From the NCBI GenBank assembly GCA_965200245.1, contig CBDATS010000015.1, forward strand, positions 128,001 through 192,000: DNA of 64,000 bases, in the 5' to 3' direction. A program made the translations under genes and the position numbers. Source of the stretch: a bacterium (lineage in GTDB: Bacteria > UBA8248). Position 1 is the stretch's first letter. Each line of letters starts with the position of its first letter. Shown here piece after piece: positions 50,802-60,577 of this stretch. The notes beneath the pieces are model-generated. The model was not told where the DNA came from. It saw only the letters and a program-made list of their open reading frames with translations, and searched no databases.

Positions 50802-51677
50802 TCAATCCTCCACCCCGTAGCCGAGCAAGCCTCGCCGCCGGATGGCCAGAATCAGCACGATGATCAGGTAAGGTAGCACCTGCGCCATGCGCGTCGTCAG
50901 GAAATAGGTGCCGACACTCTCGACGATGCCGAAGATATAGGCCCCCAGAAATGCACCGGGCAGACTTCCGAGGCCGCCGATGACGACGATGGCGAAAGCC
51001 TTGGCCACATAGATCAACCCCATTTGCGGATAAATTGTCCACACCATCGCCACCATGGTTCCGCACGCACCCGCGAGCGCGATGCCAAGGCTGAAGGTTA
51101 CCGTCATGACCTGCTTGACGTTGATGCCGCAGGCTTGCGCCAGGTTCCGGTTCTGCGCTGTGGCACGAATGGCCTCGCCGTATGCCGTGAAACGGAGGAG
51201 GGTGAAGAAAGCGGCAAGCAGCAGCAGCGCCAGAACGAAGGCGACGAGATATATCTTGCTGGTGGTGAGAAATCCGACTGTGATCGGCTCGCCCAGGTAG
51301 TCGACCGAACGAAAGGTCGGCGTGAAGACCACCTCCGCTGTGTTCCACAGGATCATGGAGAGCCCGAAGGTCAGCATCATCGGCGGCATCAGCCCGCGGA
51401 CGGCGACGACGTTGATCAGAAAATGCCCCAGTCCGAAGCCGACGGCGAAGAGCACCGCTATGGTGAGGGGCAGTGTCAACAGCGGATTCAGACCGAGGAA
51501 AGCCCAGGCGCCGAAGGTGGTGAAGGCGCCAAGCATCACGAATTCACCGTGGGCCGCATTGACGACCCCGCAGACGCCGAAGATCAGGCTCAAGCCTATG
51601 GCCACCAGTGCGTACATCGTCCCCAAGATGATCCCGAACGCGATCAACTCACCGAGGGCACCGAGGGTTTCGAACAT
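50802..51677 (-). CDS. livH: Branched-chain amino acid-type ABC transporter permease (LivH-like)
   Basis: YALVAIGLSLIFG...VNAAHGEF and VVIGGLGSLPG. Confidence 0.88.
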   Translation of the reverse strand: MFETLGALGELIAFGIILGTMYALVAIGLSLIFGVCGVVNAAHGEFVMLGAFTTFGAWAFLGLNPLLTLPLTIAVLFAVGFGLGHFLINVVAVRGLMPPMMLTFGLSMILWNTAEVVFTPTFRSVDYLGEPITVGFLTTSKIYLVAFVLALLLLAAFFTLLRFTAYGEAIRATAQNRNLAQACGINVKQVMTVTFSLGIALAGACGTMVAMVWTIYPQMGLIYVAKAFAIVVIGGLGSLPGAFLGAYIFGIVESVGTYFLTTRMAQVLPYLIIVLILAIRRRGLLGYGVED

Positions 51678-51795
51678 GCCGGATTTCCCAAACGAAGGGT
51701 GGTTGGCCGAAGCCGGTGACCCGGTGCAGCCTCCGGGAGCCCTCATCAAGGCGAACTCCCGGCAGCCTGCAGCGGTTCCGACAGGTCGCTCTCGC

Positions 51796-53082
51796 TTACA
51801 TGGCTTCCCACTTGAACGGGTGCACGAACTTGGCGGAGGCGATCTTGCTCGGGAAGATCACCTCCGGCACAACCTTGCCGTTCTTGATCTGGTTCTGCAA
51901 AGCGAGTCGCGTGCCTCCGACTTGGAGTCCGGAATCGGGATGGCCCAATGGGTTTACCCTGAACCGTCCGAACACGGTGGCGCGGTCGAGCGAGAACATG
52001 ACGTCGCGTATAGCCGAGCGATTCTCCACCGATCCGGCCCGCTTGACCGCTTCCTCGAGAATCTGACAGCCGCCGTATCCGGCAGCCGCGAGCCAGTCGG
52101 GTGCCTTTTTGTATTCTTTGCTAAAGGCGTCGACGAACTTCTTGTTGCCGGGCCAGTCGGCAGTCGGGAGCCACTCGGTGTCGCTGCAATGCCAGGCCGC
52201 GTTCTTCCCGAGCGCCTGATTGAAATCCACGTGGCCGAGAGCGGACATGTACCAGATCGCCTTGGGCGCCCATTTCAACGATAGGGCGGCCTTGGCAATC
52301 AGGATGGAGTCGGCAGAGTATCCGCCGCCGCAGAGCACCTCGGCGCCGGCGTCCCGGGCCTTGCGGACCAGCGGCACCATGTCCTGAATCCCGATGGGAT
52401 AGGCCTCGTCGAGAACGAGATCGAGGCCCGCGGCCTTGATCCGCTTGCGTACACCCTCCGCCGCGGCGATCGGCATAGCGTCGTCGATGTGTAACAAGGC
52501 GACCTTTTTCATCCCGGCGTTCTTGCACATCACTTCCATGCCGGCGAAGCGGTCGCGGCTCGGGACCATGAGTTGCACCTGCCAGTTGAGCTTCTGGCCT
52601 AGCCATATCTTCTGGCTCGAGGCGGTGGCGCTGACAGTAGGAATCTTCGCCGCGGCGACGATGGGCCGCACTGCCAGATTGATGGAACTGGCGTAGGGGC
52701 CGAGCAGCAGATCGACCTTCTGGTTGTGGATGAGATGAAGCATGAGTCGCGCGCCTTGGGTAGGATCGCTCGTATCGTCGAGAATGGTCAGTTCGACCTT
52801 GCGCCCGTCGATGAGCCCGGGCTCACGGTGCGGAAGTTTCTCGTTGCCGTAGCTGTATCCTTTCTCGTTGATATGCTTGGCCCAAAGCTTGTAGCCCTCG
52901 ACGCAGTACAGTGCCTCACGGGAATACCGCCCAGTGAGTGGCATCGGGCAGCCGATTTTGATAGGCTCCGCGGCGCGGGGTGATGTCAGGATTCCCGGTG
53001 CCGCCAGAGAGCCGAGGCCGGCCAAAGGACCAGCGGTCGAATACTTCAGGAACTCACGTCTCGTGATCGTGCTCTTGAACAT
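51796..53082 (-). CDS. Liv-type ABC transporter substrate-binding protein with a Tat signal
   Basis: TRREFLK twin-arginine leader; PIKIG..MPLTG, LDDTSDP and LLGPYAS. Confidence 0.88.
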   Translation of the reverse strand: MFKSTITRREFLKYSTAGPLAGLGSLAAPGILTSPRAAEPIKIGCPMPLTGRYSREALYCVEGYKLWAKHINEKGYSYGNEKLPHREPGLIDGRKVELTILDDTSDPTQGARLMLHLIHNQKVDLLLGPYASSINLAVRPIVAAAKIPTVSATASSQKIWLGQKLNWQVQLMVPSRDRFAGMEVMCKNAGMKKVALLHIDDAMPIAAAEGVRKRIKAAGLDLVLDEAYPIGIQDMVPLVRKARDAGAEVLCGGGYSADSILIAKAALSLKWAPKAIWYMSALGHVDFNQALGKNAAWHCSDTEWLPTADWPGNKKFVDAFSKEYKKAPDWLAAAGYGGCQILEEAVKRAGSVENRSAIRDVMFSLDRATVFGRFRVNPLGHPDSGLQVGGTRLALQNQIKNGKVVPEVIFPSKIASAKFVHPFKWEAM

Positions 53083-53467
53083 ATCTGTTCCTCCCTATGA
53101 GTGCGATCGGATCATTACGCTTTGCGGGCCATCACCGACGGGTGTTCAAACGGACGGCATCACGATCCGACTACCTTTCACGCCGCAATTCAAACGCCAA
53201 GCACTTCGTTACGCCCCGCACGATGGATTAAGAAGCCATTATGAATACTACAATGGCACAATAGGGATGAATACAACATGCTATCATAGGGATCCTTCTG
53301 TAGCAAGAGTCAGCGCGGGAGGTTGGAAACCGGTTGCGGATCCAGGGGGGGGGTTGGGGGGAGAGCGGACAGAACGTGTGCTCTCGAAGGATGACGACGC
53401 GCGCAGTGACTACAGGAGAAGCGTTACAGCAATAACCGCATCTTGTGCCCCCCTAGCTTGTTGTTGA

Positions 53468-53481
53468 TATAGTTAACTATA
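53468..53481. promoter_or_regulatory. Perfect 14 bp palindrome, a candidate operator between divergent transporter operons
   Basis: TATAGTTAACTATA in an AT-rich intergenic region. Confidence 0.45.
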
Positions 53482-53610
53482 GTGAATTTATATACCAAAA
53501 CGCCATTCATCCCTTTTGTCTTATGGTATGATCACTTAATACATGTATCATTCTATGCGGCCGACGAGTCATGACACCAATCCCCTGAGAGAAAACGAGG
53601 AGAGATATCC

Positions 53611-54960
53611 ATGACCACCAAGAGAGCAACTTTCTGGATCATTGCCTTCGGGCTCGCCCTGACCATCCTGGCATCACCTTTCGGCGCGGTCGCACTTGAG
53701 AAGAAACTCGTCATCGTGACGTCCTACCCACCAGACACGACGACCACGGTCAAGGCGGCTTTCGAGAAGAAACACCCCGGCGTCAAGGTCGAGATGCTCA
53801 AGAAAAAGACGACGGCCGGTATCAAGTATCTTCAGGAGACCTCCTCCAACAACCGGTCCGACATGTTCTGGGCCTCTGCGCCCGATGCCTTCGAGGTACT
53901 CAAGGGCGACGGTCTGCTGCAGAAATACAAGGTCAAGGTCAAGGGAATCCCCAAGAAGGTCGGCGCCTTCCCGATCAACGACCCCGAAGGGTACTACAAG
54001 GGATTCGCGGCATCTGGCTACGGCATCATGTGGAATACCCGGTATCTCAAGGCCAAGAAACTGCCCGCACCCAGGACCTGGGCCGATTTGGCCAAACCCG
54101 TCTATCACGGCCATGTCGGCATGAGTGCTCCATCACGCTCAGGTACCACGCATCTGACCGTCGAGACCCTATTGCAAGGGAAAGGTTGGGAGAAGGGTTG
54201 GGCCGAGTGGAAGGCCATAGCGGGCAACTTCAAGACCGTTACCGAGCGCAGCTTCGGTGTGCCCGACGGCGTCAATTCGGGTCAGTTCGGCCTTGGCATC
54301 GTGATCGATTTCTTTGGTCTGTCGTCTGAGGCGTCGGGATTCCCCGTCAAGTTTATCTATCCGCCAGTGACGACTCTGGTGCCTGCGAACATCGCTATCG
54401 TCAAGAACGCACCGCATCCCAAGGCCGCGGCAGCGTTCATCGAATTCCTTCTCTCGCCAGAGGGTCAGGAAGTACTGCTTAACCCGAAAATCCGGCGTCT
54501 GCCCGTGAATCCGGCGACCTACGCCAAAGCGCCCGCCGGCTTTCCCAACCCCTTCAAGGACAAGTCCATCGGCGCCGCAGTCAGGTTCGATCTCAAACTC
54601 TCGAAAAACCGTTACAACGTCATCAACTCCCTGTTTGACGTGATGGTCACCTACCGCCTCAGCGATCTGCGTGCGGCAACCAGGGCCATCCAGAGTGCCG
54701 AGGCGAAAATGGGCGGCAAGCCGAACACTGCGGCCAGGAAAATGATCGACGAGGCCAAGGCGTTGGTCGCCAAGGTACCCATCACCGCCGCCCAGGCGAG
54801 TAAAAAGGATTTCAACCGGACATTCAAGAAAAAGCGCAAGAAGACGACCACGAAGGTAACCGGCCGCCAGGCCGAGATCGAACAGGCATGGGACACGGAG
54901 GTCAAGGCCAATTACGCCAAAGCAAGGGCGTTGGCCGAGAAAGCGGCGTCTATGCTCTAG
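53611..54960 (+). CDS. ABC transporter substrate-binding protein (AfuA/FbpA/PgtC-like)
   Basis: Signal peptide, TWADLAKP, SAPSRSGTT and AAAAFIEFLLSPEGQ. Confidence 0.85.
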   Translation: MTTKRATFWIIAFGLALTILASPFGAVALEKKLVIVTSYPPDTTTTVKAAFEKKHPGVKVEMLKKKTTAGIKYLQETSSNNRSDMFWASAPDAFEVLKGDGLLQKYKVKVKGIPKKVGAFPINDPEGYYKGFAASGYGIMWNTRYLKAKKLPAPRTWADLAKPVYHGHVGMSAPSRSGTTHLTVETLLQGKGWEKGWAEWKAIAGNFKTVTERSFGVPDGVNSGQFGLGIVIDFFGLSSEASGFPVKFIYPPVTTLVPANIAIVKNAPHPKAAAAFIEFLLSPEGQEVLLNPKIRRLPVNPATYAKAPAGFPNPFKDKSIGAAVRFDLKLSKNRYNVINSLFDVMVTYRLSDLRAATRAIQSAEAKMGGKPNTAARKMIDEAKALVAKVPITAAQASKKDFNRTFKKKRKKTTTKVTGRQAEIEQAWDTEVKANYAKARALAEKAASML

Positions 54961-54990
54961 TCTTCACGCGGGGGTCTGGAAGAGGAAAGA

Positions 54991-56706
54991 ATGTCTCTGA
55001 AAGAGGTGGTGCGCGGCCAGTGGGGGCCGGTAGCAGTGGGTCTCATCGTCGGCCTGTTTCTGCTTGCCTTCCTGGTCGTGCCGGTCGCGAATGTGATCTA
55101 CGTCGCGTTCCAGGACCCTAACACAGGTGCGTTGACGCTCATCAACTTCTACGACTTCTTCCGCACCAGCCTGTTCCAGGAATCTTCCATCAATTCGATC
55201 TATGTTGCCTTGATGTCTGTGGTGCTGGCGTCGTGCTTTGCCCTTCCGCTCGCGTTTTTCACGACCCGCTTTCACTTCGGCGGCGCTATCCTCATCCAGA
55301 CCCTCGGCGTGCTCCCCTTGATCATGCCGCCCTTTGTCGGGGCCGTGGCGATGTTGCTACTGCTCGGCGAGAACGGTTCGGTCAACCTGTTGTTGGGTGA
55401 GTGGTTCGGCTTCACCATCCCCTTCATGGAAGGGCTCAACGGTGTCATCCTGGTCGAAAGCATCCATTATTTCCCGTTCATCTTCAGTAACCTTTCGGTC
55501 TCGCTCAGCAACATCGATCGTGCGATGGAAGAATCTGCCCAGAACCTCGGAGCCAGCGGGATGCGCCTGTTCCGGCGCATCGTGTTTCCGCTGGCCATGC
55601 CTGGGTATGTCGCGGGCGCATCGCTGGTCTTCCTGAAGGTTTTTGACGACATCGGCACGCCCCTGTTGCTCAACGTCAACAACATGCTGGCACCCCAGGC
55701 TTATCTGCGCATCTCATCCATCGGCATCTCCGACCCGATGGGTTACGTGATCTCGGTCATCCTCGTCATATTCTCCCTGCTGGCGCTCTGGACCTCGTTT
55801 CTTGCACTGCGAGGAAAGGATTACGCCACTGTGCAGAAGGGCGGGGGCGGATTGATGAAGCGCGACCTGAAACGCTGGGAAAAAGTCGGTTGCTACGGTA
55901 TCGTCATCTTCATCCTGTTGTTGGTGCTTTCGCCACATTTCGGTCTCGCCATCCTGTCTCTCGGCACGGTCTGGTCGTTCAGTGTCCTGCCCGACGCCTA
56001 TACTTTCGCGCATTATCTGCGGGTGCTTTCGAGCTCGTCCGAATTCATCACCAACACACTGCTCTACGCCGGCCTCGCCGCGGCCATTGATGTCGTGTTC
56101 GGCACGGCCATCGCCTACATCGTCTTGCGCACCAATCTGGCCGCCCGGCAATGGCTCGATTACATTGCGATGGGGGCGGTAGCGATTCCGGGTGTGGTGC
56201 TCGGCATCGGCTATCTTCGCACCTTCTATGCGTTCAATGTGCCGATCATCGACAAGCCTCTGGCGTCGTGGTGGATCATCATCGTCGTCGCCCTCGCCAT
56301 CCGGCGGCTGCCCTACGCGCTACGCGCCTGTGTCGCGGCCTTGCAACAACTCAGCGTGATGCTTGAAGAGGCGGCAGAGAACCTGGGCGCCACCAAGGGT
56401 CGTACCATCTATCGTGTCGTCGTGCCGCTGATGTCCGGCGGCATCGTCGCCGGTTTCGTCACCAGTTTCGCCACCGCGTCGGTCGAATTGTCGACGACCA
56501 TCATGCTGGTGTCGCAGGAATCAGACGCACCGCTCGCCTTTGGCATTTACGAGTTTATGCAGTCGGCAGCGGGCCGTGGCCCCGGTGCTGCGTTGGGCAT
56601 CATCGCCGTGGTCATCGTCGGGGTCGCAACTTACGTTTCGCACCGTTTCATCCAGCGCAAAGAGACACGCCAGACGCCAGACATGGCCATTGCTGCGGGA
56701 GTCTGA
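54991..56706 (+). CDS. ABC transporter permease (FbpB-type, two membrane modules)
   Basis: Two EAA loops (MEESAQNLGA, LEEAAENLGA) and PLIMPPFVGA. Confidence 0.9.
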   Translation: MSLKEVVRGQWGPVAVGLIVGLFLLAFLVVPVANVIYVAFQDPNTGALTLINFYDFFRTSLFQESSINSIYVALMSVVLASCFALPLAFFTTRFHFGGAILIQTLGVLPLIMPPFVGAVAMLLLLGENGSVNLLLGEWFGFTIPFMEGLNGVILVESIHYFPFIFSNLSVSLSNIDRAMEESAQNLGASGMRLFRRIVFPLAMPGYVAGASLVFLKVFDDIGTPLLLNVNNMLAPQAYLRISSIGISDPMGYVISVILVIFSLLALWTSFLALRGKDYATVQKGGGGLMKRDLKRWEKVGCYGIVIFILLLVLSPHFGLAILSLGTVWSFSVLPDAYTFAHYLRVLSSSSEFITNTLLYAGLAAAIDVVFGTAIAYIVLRTNLAARQWLDYIAMGAVAIPGVVLGIGYLRTFYAFNVPIIDKPLASWWIIIVVALAIRRLPYALRACVAALQQLSVMLEEAAENLGATKGRTIYRVVVPLMSGGIVAGFVTSFATASVELSTTIMLVSQESDAPLAFGIYEFMQSAAGRGPGAALGIIAVVIVGVATYVSHRFIQRKETRQTPDMAIAAGV

Positions 56707-56708
56707 GA

Positions 56709-57791
56709 ATGACGTCACAAAATGCCGCAGGTGTCGTCATCGAGCGTCTGAGCCTCGCATACGACACGACCGATGTGCTCAAGGACGTCAGTCTATGCAT
56801 CGAACCGGGCGAGTTGTTTACCTTCTTGGGCCCGTCGGGTTCCGGCAAATCCACCCTGTTGCGCGCCATCGCCGGTTTCGGCCCCACGCCCCGGGGGCGC
56901 ATCCTGATTGGTGAGGACGACGTGACGCACCTGCCGCCCTGGCGGCGCAACGTCGGCATGGTCTTTCAGTCCTACGCGCTATGGCCGCACATGACTGTGC
57001 GCAGGAACGTCGCCTTCGGCCTTGAGGAGCGCAAGACACTGGCCTCCGAGATACCCAGGCGTGTCGACGCCGCACTTGAGATGGTCGGGCTTCTGGACCT
57101 GGGAGAACGACGCCCCTCACAGCTGTCCGGCGGACAGCAGCAGAGGGTCGCGTTGGCACGCACCATCGTTGTCGAGCCCCGGGTGCTGCTGCTCGATGAG
57201 CCGCTCTCGAACCTCGACGCCAACCTGCGCGTGCAGATGCGGCGCGAGATACTCGACTTGCAACGGGAATTGAAACTGACCACCATCTTTGTGACCCATG
57301 ACCAGGAAGAGGCCAATACCATATCGGATCGAATCGCCGTTCTTGACGCCGGCATCCTTCAACAGGTGGGCCTGCCCATGGAACTCTACGACGAGCCGAT
57401 CAACCGCTTCGTCGCCCACTTCCTGGGCACCGCCAATCTCATGGACGGACGCATCGAGATTCAGGCCAATGGCGCACGCTTCGTAGGAGTCGGCGGCATG
57501 GTTTTGCCACTGACTGGCGGGGCTCATGGGGCGGGCGAGAATCGAACTGCGATGTTCCGGCCCCAGGACGTGGCCATCGCCGCGCCGGGCGAGACGGTCA
57601 CCGGAACCGCGCTTATCGGCCAGGTGCAGCATCGCGAGTTCCTTGGCAACCTCCTGCGCTACACGGTCGTCATCGGTGAGGATCAGTTGCTGGTCGACGA
57701 TACCCACCACCCGGGCCGACGCGCTTTCGCCGTGGGCGACGATGTCGTGGTGGGTCTCGACGGCGAGCAGGTTCGCATTCTCAAGCCTTGA
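56709..57791 (+). CDS. ABC transporter ATP-binding protein (FbpC/PotA-type)
   Basis: GPSGSGKST, VFQSYALWPH, LSGGQQQR, VTHDQEEA and a TOBE-like C-terminus. Confidence 0.92.
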   Translation: MTSQNAAGVVIERLSLAYDTTDVLKDVSLCIEPGELFTFLGPSGSGKSTLLRAIAGFGPTPRGRILIGEDDVTHLPPWRRNVGMVFQSYALWPHMTVRRNVAFGLEERKTLASEIPRRVDAALEMVGLLDLGERRPSQLSGGQQQRVALARTIVVEPRVLLLDEPLSNLDANLRVQMRREILDLQRELKLTTIFVTHDQEEANTISDRIAVLDAGILQQVGLPMELYDEPINRFVAHFLGTANLMDGRIEIQANGARFVGVGGMVLPLTGGAHGAGENRTAMFRPQDVAIAAPGETVTGTALIGQVQHREFLGNLLRYTVVIGEDQLLVDDTHHPGRRAFAVGDDVVVGLDGEQVRILKP

Positions 57792-58240
57792 AACGGCCAT
57801 TCCAGACGCTCGATTCCTGACAAACGAAGCGTCGAATCGGAAAGGATGAAAATTCTGCAAGAGCGTGCACTCCGTTTCTCGTGAGTTTCCTGGAACCGGA
57901 CAGTTCCCGATTCCTGAGTGACTGTGGGGTGACAAGGGCCGATCAATCCGCGGACGCTGGCATCCCGGCTGGAACCGACGCCTGATAAGGTCCTTACGAC
58001 ACTCGCGCTTCGCGAGCCCGGTTTGAGTATCGCGGCGACACCCGACACAGACACGACGCCTGCAACCCCGTCATCTGGCCGATCGCCAGTTGATGAAGAG
58101 CACGAACGTTTTTCCCATCAAAGGGATATGCCATCCTGCATCAGGCTGCACCGGGTGCGCTTGCTTTCCTTCGCCTTCGCGCGCGCTCGTGGTAGGCTTC
58201 GCCCCGGATGAATGGTTGAATTCTCTTCAAGAGGACAACG

Positions 58241-59239
58241 ATGCGCATGCGCACCTTGGGAAAGACGGACATTTCGGTTTCCGAAATAGGTTTCGGTACG
58301 GGCGGAATCAGCCGCCTGATGGTGGGCGACGACCACGAGTTGCAGCTTCGCGCGGTGCGCGGTGCGCTGGACGGCGGGGTGAACTTCTTCGATACGGCGA
58401 TGGGCTACGGGAACGGGAAATCGGAGGTCAACCTGGGTGCCACGCTCAGGAAACTGGGGGCGGACATCGTGCTCACGACGAAGATCCGTCTCACCGCCGA
58501 GGAGCGCGAAGCACCCCGAAAAGCGGTAGTTGCCTCGGTGGAGAAGAGTCTCGAACGGTTGGGCCGGCCTTATGTCGATCTGATCCAGATCCACAACTAT
58601 GTGGCTCCCGGGAGGGATTGGCCCGTGGGGGAGGTGGTGTTCGATCTATCCGATATTTTCGGTGCAGGTGGCGTGCTCGACGGCTTCAGGGAGTTGCGCG
58701 ATCGGGGCCTCGTGCGCTTTTTCGGTTTCACCGGCATCGGGCACCCCGCCGCGTTGGCCGAGATGATCGACAGCGGCGAGTTTCAGGCGGTGCAGGCGTA
58801 TTTCAATTTACTCAACCCCAGTGCGGCCTATCCTGTGCCCGAGGATTTCAGCGCGGTGGATTACGGTCTGCTCATAGCGCGTGCCGCGAAACTCGGTATG
58901 GGGGTACTGGCGATTCGCGCCCTGGCACTTGGCGCGCTCACCGCCGAACCAAATCTGCTGGGTTTTCTCGATGAATGTCCGCCGGTTCTCTCGCCAGGTT
59001 CTGAGTATGACAAGGATGTGACGCGCACCGAGAAGATCTCGTTTCTGGTTCGGGAGGGGCGCACGCTGGCTCAGTCGGCCCTTCAGTTCGTCCTGATGCA
59101 CGAGGAAGTCTCCTGCACTCTGGTGGGCTTTTCGAGTGAAGGGCAACTCACAGAAGCGCTTTCCTGCGTCGGTGCAGGGCCACTGGCCGAAGACGAGATG
59201 GAGCGCCTTGGGGATATTTGGGAAAACGATTTCGCCTAG
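58241..59239 (+). CDS. Aldo/keto reductase
   Basis: LGKTDISVSEIGFG, FFDTAMGYG.G.SE and SLERLG..YVDLIQIH. Confidence 0.92.
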   Translation: MRMRTLGKTDISVSEIGFGTGGISRLMVGDDHELQLRAVRGALDGGVNFFDTAMGYGNGKSEVNLGATLRKLGADIVLTTKIRLTAEEREAPRKAVVASVEKSLERLGRPYVDLIQIHNYVAPGRDWPVGEVVFDLSDIFGAGGVLDGFRELRDRGLVRFFGFTGIGHPAALAEMIDSGEFQAVQAYFNLLNPSAAYPVPEDFSAVDYGLLIARAAKLGMGVLAIRALALGALTAEPNLLGFLDECPPVLSPGSEYDKDVTRTEKISFLVREGRTLAQSALQFVLMHEEVSCTLVGFSSEGQLTEALSCVGAGPLAEDEMERLGDIWENDFA

Positions 59240-59264
59240 GGCAGGGCGAATCGATCGCCGAATT

Positions 59265-60512
59265 ATGGAAAACCCGGAAAAAACGCGCATCAGTCAGGCG
59301 TCCCTGTGGGCGTTGAGTTTTTCTCAACTTCCCATCATGCTGGTATATGCCAACTATCCGACGGCCATCCCGATTCTGAAAGCGGAATGGTTCCTCACCA
59401 ATGCGGATGCCGGTTCCATCTATTTCGCGTTCTATGTGGGCTACGTCGTCGCATCCGCTGTCCTCACCGGAGCGACGGATTATTTTAACGCGAGAACGAT
59501 ATATCTGTTCTCGGCGGCCTGGCTCGGCCTAACGAACCTCATGTTTCCCTTTTTCGCTGAGGGTTTGTGGACGGCGGCGCTTCTGCGATGCGCCTGCGGC
59601 GTGGGGCTGGCGGGCGTGTTCGGGCCGGGACTTCGTATCGTGGCGGAACATGCCTCACCGGCCTTGAGGGCGAAGATGGTCTCGGGCTACGCCTTTTTCT
59701 TCACCTTCAGCGTATCGGTCTCGATGTTCCTCACGGGTTATCTGCTTCCCGATTTCGGCTGGCGTTTCACGTTCGCCGCAGGTTCGCTCGGCCCCGTCGT
59801 TGGCGTGCTCATGGTGCTGCTCTGGGTGCCGGATCCCGGCAGGGACGAATCGGGGGGAGGGGAGAAATTCGCCTTCCCGCGCCTGCCGCTCAGGTGCTGG
59901 GTACTCATCGGTTCCTACGTGATGCACAGGTGGGAAATGTTTGCCTTCAGGGGCTGGGGCGTCACTTTTCTGGCTTCGGCGTTCGTGTCGCACGGTCTGC
60001 CGAGAGGAAACGCCGTCGACAATGCCGCGACGGCGCTGGCGTTCATGATCGCGATTTCCGCCTTTTCGAATTTTATCGGCGCCTGGTCGGCAGACAGGTA
60101 TGGGCGGCTCCGGAGCATCGGTGGGAGTCTGTTCTTTAGCGGCGCGATGGCCTATGGGGTTGGCCTTCTGTTTCATTCGCCTATCCCTGTTCTGTTGCTC
60201 GTGGCACTTGTCTGGGCGGTGACGATGGCCGTCGATGCCTCCATCTTTCTGACCGTGATGAGCGAAATAGCTCCCAAGCGTCATCTGGGCACGGCGCTGG
60301 GTTGCCTTGCCGGATTTGGTTTTCTCTTTGGAGCATTATCCTCCATCGAGGTAGGCTACATTCTCGACATTACGAACCCAGGCTCCAGCGGCGAGGTTTT
60401 GCCCGTCGAGTGGACGGCCGCCTGGGCTTCGGTTGGTGTGGGGGCATGGATCGGCCTGGGCGGCATCTTCTGGCTTTCCCGTATAATGAGAAGGCGGGCG
60501 CAGGATGGTTGA
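59265..60512 (+). CDS. MFS transporter
   Basis: About 12 hydrophobic helices; GAWSADRYGRLR motif. Confidence 0.85.
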   Translation: MENPEKTRISQASLWALSFSQLPIMLVYANYPTAIPILKAEWFLTNADAGSIYFAFYVGYVVASAVLTGATDYFNARTIYLFSAAWLGLTNLMFPFFAEGLWTAALLRCACGVGLAGVFGPGLRIVAEHASPALRAKMVSGYAFFFTFSVSVSMFLTGYLLPDFGWRFTFAAGSLGPVVGVLMVLLWVPDPGRDESGGGEKFAFPRLPLRCWVLIGSYVMHRWEMFAFRGWGVTFLASAFVSHGLPRGNAVDNAATALAFMIAISAFSNFIGAWSADRYGRLRSIGGSLFFSGAMAYGVGLLFHSPIPVLLLVALVWAVTMAVDASIFLTVMSEIAPKRHLGTALGCLAGFGFLFGALSSIEVGYILDITNPGSSGEVLPVEWTAAWASVGVGAWIGLGGIFWLSRIMRRRAQDG

Positions 60513-60577
60513 ATTCCTTATGGGAAGCCGATAGGCTCCCGCGCCAGCGAGGTAGATTCGCATATTCGGGCGCGGAC

